Assembly (NCBI GenBank): GCA_020891255.1
Contig: BQFW01000001.1
Span: forward strand, 2,852,001-2,916,000
Length of the DNA stretch: 64,000 nucleotides
From: Entomortierella parvispora E1425
Taxonomy: Eukaryota; Fungi; Mortierellomycota
Direction: 5' to 3'
Each line of letters begins with the position of its first letter. The first letter of the stretch is position 1. Position numbers and translations under genes: made by a program. Shown piece after piece: positions 57,588-64,000 of this stretch. The notes beneath the pieces are model-generated. The model searched no databases. It was not told where the DNA came from and saw nothing but the letters and a program-made list of their open reading frames with translations.

Positions 57588-60500
57588 TCATGGTCTACGA
57601 ATGACGTGCTGAGATCCACTAGAGCTTTCATCTCCAAGGTGTGAAGATGAATGATGACCAGCAGGTGGAGCGGTCGAAGTTGAGGATTGCGGTACATGCT
57701 CGCGGTACATATCGCTCCCGTAAGGCTCCTCGCGACTAGATCGGCGACCATGTCCTCCAAGCATATTGCCTTGGCCGATTGGCACTCGGTGAGGTCCATA
57801 GAACGGAGCACCACTGCCTCCGTTGTTGGGATAATCACCCCGTCTGTCATAGCGATCACGGCGGTCCCGATTCCAATCACGTTCAGAGTCCCGATCTCGC
57901 TCTCGTTCGCGGTCCCTATCCCTGTCCCTGTCCCTGGGAGGTGGCGGCGGCGCACCTCGGGAGCCTCGGTAGCCGCCATAGGGTCCAGCGTCCATGTTGT
58001 TATAGCCCCATTCTTCGTCGTTCATAGATCTATGACGGGAGCGTTCGTCCTTGTAGTAGTCCCGAGAAATAGAGGGAGCGCCTGGAGAGGCAAGCGGGCC
58101 GTGGCGTTTATATGGAATGGGTTCATCACCAGTTCCGTAATAGCTGCCATCATACGGAGCACTGGACGTCAAGGGCAGTTGTCGTTCTCTTTGAGGCAAG
58201 GAAAGTGGCGCTACTGAAGATCTATCGGATCTCTCGGATGGGGGGCCATGGAAACGGGGCGAAGTTAGGCGGGCCTCCTCAGAGCTTGGTCGGTGGCCTG
58301 CTATGAAGGACGTATTGCCCGGTGCCAGAGGGGACGACGCTCTTTGAGCCTTGGGTGTTCTCCAACCTGGCGATGTAGGCCCGGGTGAAGGTCCAGCACG
58401 GACACCGGGGCTTTTGGGACTTGTGCTGCTAGATAGTTTTAGTGACACTGGGGACCGTGCTGGAGATCTGGCGTCGTCAGCCCGACTGAGGGCAGTCTGA
58501 GGATGCGGTGGCGAGGATATCAAATTTAGATTGGAGAAAGGGGTCGGGCCAACTGAAAGTGAAGTCGGACTGAAGGGCTGCACCGGAAAGTAGTCGTTGG
58601 ATACAGGCCTCGCCGCGTGAGCGCCGGGCGACAGACCAACCAGTGGTGTAGGCAGGCTGCTTCCAACCTTGAAGTAATACCCCTCTTCTCTACTCGGAGC
58701 TTCAGCAGCCGCAGTTTCCGACTTTGATGTCGATCTAGAATGTTCTCCCATTTCAACATCAACTACTGGGTCGACATCCAGGCCTCCTACGGTCGCATCT
58801 GACATGACATCTTTGTCGTTTCCTCGTTCCTGGCTGCGGTTGTCGACTGGATCAGAAGGTTTTGTATCAGAGGAAGCGGCTGTTCGGAGAGAGGCCTCCT
58901 GTCTCTGTCGCTGGTACTCTTGAAGGGAAAGCTTTACCTTGGGGATGGCGATTACTTCAGGCTTTGTCAAGGACAGGTCCTCCTTGCTAGCTGCCACTTC
59001 AACGTTATGTGTAAGCGACTCATTTACAGCGGTATTCGCGTCCACCATTTCCACATCTTGAGATTCTGCTATCGGCATACGCGTAGGGGGGAGCGTAGGA
59101 GGCAGCTCGCTTAAGTTCACAGAGATGGAGGGCTCAGTCTGCCCTGCCTGCGTTTCCTCGGCCGTCTGGGTTGCCTGGTGAGGTCCCAAGTTTATGATCT
59201 GAGGTTGAACCATAGGGCAAGATCCATTGACGTCTTTGTCTTCAAGCTGATTGCCTTTGACTGCAGTCAGCAGAGTGTCGGTGTCCTTCGGCTTTTGGTC
59301 ATGCTGCATTGATGGGCCATCTATTGTCTGAGAGTTGGTCGTCGAATTCTTTCTCAAAGTTTCTCTGGACGGCTCTGGCTTGACATCTTCGTGGAATAAA
59401 TTGAGAATATCTTTCGGGACCATTGAAGGTGCCATGGCCTGTGTTGGTAAATCGAGTGGGATCGACCCATCCTTTACCCCGCTTGCTTCAGAGGGGACGG
59501 GAGCCACAGCATCATCCGGAGTAGGGGAATATTCGGTTACATCCACAGCCTCCTCTTCCATCTTCAGATCAAAAACCTCCTCGGCCTTCCGTCTCATCTC
59601 CTCTGCTTTCTCCCGCGCTTCCTCTTCTGCAACTGCCCTCTGTTTCATGTAAATCAATTTCCAGAGTTTTTTGCAAGGCAAAACCGATGGCTTTAGGGAC
59701 GGAACAGGCAGAATCTCCTTTGGCAAGTTGTTTTCACGTTGATGGCGTCGGTCCGATCGCTGGATGCGCTCTTCTTCCTCATCGCTGGTATTCCCTACAA
59801 TGCTGACGAAGCTTGTTTCCAGAGAACTGGATCCAGAATGACGGTCAGCCCGTCTCTGAAGAGAGTGGTCTTTGGGGCCAGGCGAGCCACTGGCATTTTC
59901 AGCCATCCTCCGCCCTCGAGATGCAGCGGCGTACGGCTGTTTCTTTCCAATTGATGTGGATGACCGCCTCTGCGTCAGTCGATTGGCTGTTTCGTAGCGA
60001 TCTGAATCGGATGTTGCGGAAGACTGGGATCCGTTTTGCAGTCTCTTTTCTATATAAAAAAAAGGGGAAGGGGAGAAAATATGAGTCCATATTCAAATGC
60101 TGCCTTCAAAGGATGTTGGTAGCGTGGTCCATGTATCTTACCTAAATTTACTCGAGGTCTCTTCAGCCCTCCTTTGGTCAGAGACGCTGTTTCCCGATGA
60201 AGAGTTCCATTGTTAGAGTCCGAATCAATTCCACTGTCGCCAATTGATATGTTGCCTTCGTCTGCTGTCGAATGTTTTCGTGTAGATTCCTTGGCTCGGG
60301 ATCTTGGTGTTGGGATAGCAGCACGTCTCGACTGTTGTTCAAGTGAGAGTCCTGAATTCTTTGATTTAGCTGAATCGGCCGTCAGCGATGATGGTCCAAG
60401 GCGGCCGGGACCAGCCTGGCCAAAGTCCCGGTCCTCCATTTTTTTGATCTGCATCAATGCAACCTTCATCTCTCTTGCGGACATCTCTTGGCCGGTAGTG

Positions 60501-62689
60501 CTGGATCGTCGTGAGGGGGATACATGTGAGTCCGGATTGCTCTGCTTCCTGCGTCGTACATCATCCGAATTGGAGTCAGAATCCTGATCGTCCCACCGAT
60601 TGCCCCTGTGTTGAGAATGAGCATCATGCCTAGCCTTTTTAGAAGACGACTCCAGCTTGACTGTAGCCTTGGGATGTTTTTTTCGAGGACTGGTTTCGGC
60701 AACAGATGAAAGCTCATCTTCACTTGTCTCCTGTCCTGTAGAACGGTTGCCATCCTGGCTCTCAAGTCCCGAGGTTTCTTGACGAGCTCTATGCCGTTGG
60801 CGAGTGGACTCTGGAGACACCTTCTTTGGTCGATGCCCTTTGCTGGAAAGCTCCGATTCACGGGATATCGATTCCGACGATCCATCTTTCCACATCTGAT
60901 GTAAAATGCAGGTCTCGGCTTTTGCGCAAGCACAGTCTGTCTGAGCGTAAAGTGTGGATGCGACCAAATACTTTGCTTTTCGAATATCCTTCGCGCTCTT
61001 GCGACTAGTTCCATCCTTTGATTTTTCATTAAGGGATCTCAGGGACTGCAGGGCCAGGTGGTCCCGGTTCCAATCCCAATCCAATGTGATCTCCTGACCC
61101 TTTCCAATAGGGACTTTGGCGAATAGTCCAAGGTGTACTGTCTGATCCTGTACGCCCGGTACTACGATGCTTTTAACTTCAGTGTTTGGCATGCAAGAGC
61201 GTCGAACAAACCGTGCATCGTTCCCACTTCTCCTGGCATCTACAGCCAAGTTAAGCTGTGGGTGAAAAAGGACAAAAGGCTTTGGTGTGGCTAGGATGGA
61301 GTACTGGTTGATGGGGTCCGATTTGTATGTGGACTTAAGCGAAACCTCGCCTTTAAATTCCAGCATAAACCGGCCTGCTCCAATGTTGCTCTCTGCAAAC
61401 AGCCCATACTGCGGTGCCGGCGAGGGATGGGATTTGGTCGAAGAAAGGATATGTTTAACTGTGGTCTTCATAAGTGGTCGCGCCAGAGATTCGCGCTCCA
61501 TCGAGACCACATTGGATGCGTCCATTGTGGCGAGTGTAGACTGTCCATTGCTCATAGCCAAGAGGTCAGGGGTTTCGGGTATTGACGGGGCAATGGCAGA
61601 GGGTATCGTCAAGGCGGAGTTGGCAATGCTGATGTCTTTGTGGGTGGTGGGAGTGGTGTTGTCGCTTGTCTTTGAGATGTTGGATGAGACCAGTTCTTGT
61701 AATTTCACCCCGGAGGTCAACGACAGGGAACGTTTCCTTGATTGCACCTGCCTGAAGTGAGCAATCACCTGCCTGAAGACATCCTGCACAGCTTTGGAGG
61801 TCACAATATTGGTGTCAACGGATGAAAACTCAAACTGATATGCGTCCATGGCATCGTCTTGACTGTCACTCTCCATGTCCAGATCCTCGTCCTCAACTGT
61901 CGCAGATACTGTCCTTGAATTCCCACTGGGTCTCTGCTTCCCTGATGATTGAGGGGATCCATTATTGGTGCCGTTGGGGAGGGCCGATGACGAGTTGGTG
62001 CTTTTGCCTTTTCGACCAGCTGTTTCAGTAGATGCATTCAGGCCTGTGGCGTTGCTCCTCGCACCATATCCAGAGCTTCCTCCGCCTGCGGATGAACTGG
62101 CCTGGTCTTTCGAGGAGTGTCTTTGAGAGTTTCCACTTGAAACCGCGGTGGAAGGTGTGGAAGAAGAGGAGGTTTGCGAGTTGACTCCTGGCTCTGTCTG
62201 TGTGGAGCCAGTTGATCCAAACTGCTTCCGAGGCCGACCAACGCTGGGTTTTCTTCTTGAAGGGGATTTTTCACGCTTCCGGTCCAAAGTGCCATTCCGT
62301 CTTCGTTGGATCTCGTTTGCGCGTTTGCGATCGACAGGCCTTGGACTGCATAGCTCACAGAGGTACTTGTCGGGCACATTGGATTGGACGATGCCCACGC
62401 ATACAGCATGCTGCCATACTAAGCATCGTTCACATTGTATAGTAAAGCCATCATCGTCAATGTAGTTGCAAATGCAGCGAATAATGCCGGCGTCTTCATC
62501 GTCCTCATCATTGTCGACGGAATCATCATCATCTTCCTCTTCTACGTTCGAGTCGTTGGTTGCGGTGAGGTGGCCAGTGCTTTGGAGGGCGCTATTAATA
62601 TTGTTGCTGTTGGCCAACCGATTGATGACCTTGTTTGCCAAGTTGGCGATGGATGGCGAAGGCACAGTGGAGCTAAGTTTGGCAGACAT
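57588..62689 (-). CDS. PHD finger + SET domain protein (SET3/SET4-like), intron 60050-60141
   Basis: IRCICNYIDDDGFTIQCERCLVWQHAVC; YGLFAE...VDARRSGNDARFVRRSCMPN (RRSC in place of NHSC, typical of the Set3 family). Confidence 0.92.
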
Positions 62690-63798
62690 TGTAAGAAAAA
62701 TGTGGAAGTTGCAACAGCTGGATGCTGATTGTTGATGTCGCTCCTTTTGAAAGGCTGGATTGTTGTCGTGTTGGGGAGGGTTGAGAAGAGTGTGTTGGCT
62801 TGGAAGCTCCTGGGCTTAGAGGACTGGAGCGGTTATCGGCAGCATGGCACCGACCGGGCACAGTCTTTTGGCGCGAATTCGACAGAAGGGATCTGTTTGG
62901 GGCGCGGCTACATTGAGAGAGGGATGCGATTTAGTTGTGTGTGCGGTTGAGGTGGCAGTGGCAGTGGATGGACAGACGGACGGACAGGCAGCAGACAAAG
63001 GGCTCAATCAATCACAGTGATTCGACTCACTTTTTGTTGTTTTTTAGTTTTCTTCCCTTTCTGACTGGGGGTCACTTGTTTCCTTTGTGAAGCAGAGAGG
63101 AAGCAAGAGAAAGGAAGGAAGAGATGGGAGAGGGAGAAAGAGAGAAGAAAGCGATGAAAGAGAGGGAAGGAAGTGAGAGGAAGGAGCAGATTGGAATCAA
63201 AAGAGTCAAAGGATGAATGAATGGAATGATTGAATGAATGGATTGATGGATGATGAATAAAGCGAGAGCGAGAGAGAGGGAGAGGGAGAGAGAGTGAAAG
63301 AGAGAAGGAGAGAAAGAGGAAGAGATGAATGAAAAGGATGAAAGAAGCAGGTGCTCTTGAGAGAGAGAAGGATGGATGAAAAGAAAAGGGAAGAGAGGAG
63401 AGGGGAGGGGAAGGAGGAGGTGTGCAGAAAGAGAGAGGGAGAAGGCGAAGGAGGGACCGATGGAGAGGGAATGGGCAATGAGTGAGTGAGTGGTGAGTGA
63501 GTGCTCTTTGTGTGCTCTCTGTCTGCTTCGCTTTTGCTGCTGGGCCACCTGTCCGTCTCTTTGTCTCTGCCTTGTCTCATCTTGTCCTCTCTGTTCGTCC
63601 AGTCTGCCTCTGTCTGTCTGTCTGTCTGCCTCTGTCTGTCTGCACGTGACACCTATTTTTTGCCCTTCGTTTCTGTGCCTTCCTTCTGTCCTTCCTGCCT
63701 GACTCTTTTCTTTTTTTTTCTTTCATTTTCCAGTTCAATCCGTCCATCCCTCTCCCTCTCCTTGAACTCTTCTCTTCCCTGTCTTCAATTGCGCCGCG

Positions 63799-64000
63799 AT
63801 GGGTCCTACCATCATTGAATCCAGAAAGCCACAGTACCTGACTGCAGAATGCATCAGCTGCAACACCCCTGTCGAGTTCCTCATGCCCCAGACCTCGGGC
63901 GAGGTCATCTACATTGAGTGCTATGCTTGCAAGCAGGTCCTCAGCATTGATATCCAATACCCACAAAAAGGCCCCGCATCTGCATCCTCTGCATCCTCCT
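63799..64000 (+). CDS. 5' end of a protein with a CxxC...CxxC zinc ribbon (runs off the window)
   Basis: MGPTIIESRKPQYLTAECISCNTPVEF...IECYACKQVLSID. Confidence 0.55.
   Translation, partial: MGPTIIESRKPQYLTAECISCNTPVEFLMPQTSGEVIYIECYACKQVLSIDIQYPQKGPASASSASS

Noticed and set aside
63072-63966. ORFs in the GA/CT-rich region
   Set aside because: Low-complexity intergenic or UTR sequence between divergent genes
1-64000. CRISPR arrays, rRNA genes and prokaryotic operons
   Set aside because: None seen; the window is eukaryotic with spliceosomal introns

Overview
Intron-rich fungal genomic DNA. The gene content and style suggest an early-diverging fungus, probably Mortierellaceae (inference). 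The first ~15.9 kb is a retroelement nest. A disabled Ty3/Gypsy element (A) is interrupted in its integrase by a chromodomain-bearing Gypsy element with 111-bp LTRs (B1, TSD GGTGT). B1 is in turn interrupted in its integrase by an inverted sister copy (B2, TSD CCATG). A 5'-truncated poly(A)-tailed LINE fragment follows. The rest is gene-dense: sphingosine kinase, MMAA/MeaB, a CNH-domain protein, Rho2, a GNAT, a subtilisin, a GT-A-like protein, two FAD monooxygenases, a SAM methyltransferase, an F-BAR/DEP/RhoGAP, an SCCPDH-like protein, a Zn2Cys6 factor, CDC123, TIP41, guanylate kinase and a SET3-like protein, plus four tRNA genes. Three observations stand out. (1) Three successive 5'-truncated copies of the LINE are stacked at one target site ~92-107 bp upstream of a tRNA-Leu(AAG) gene, like Dictyostelium TRE5. 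(2) All four tRNA genes have a CACGTG box 48-61 bp upstream. (3) The same box lies between Gypsy A and the first LINE fragment, which predicts that both elements sit upstream of a tRNA gene just left of this window. Coordinates of spliced genes were read by hand and some exon boundaries are approximate.
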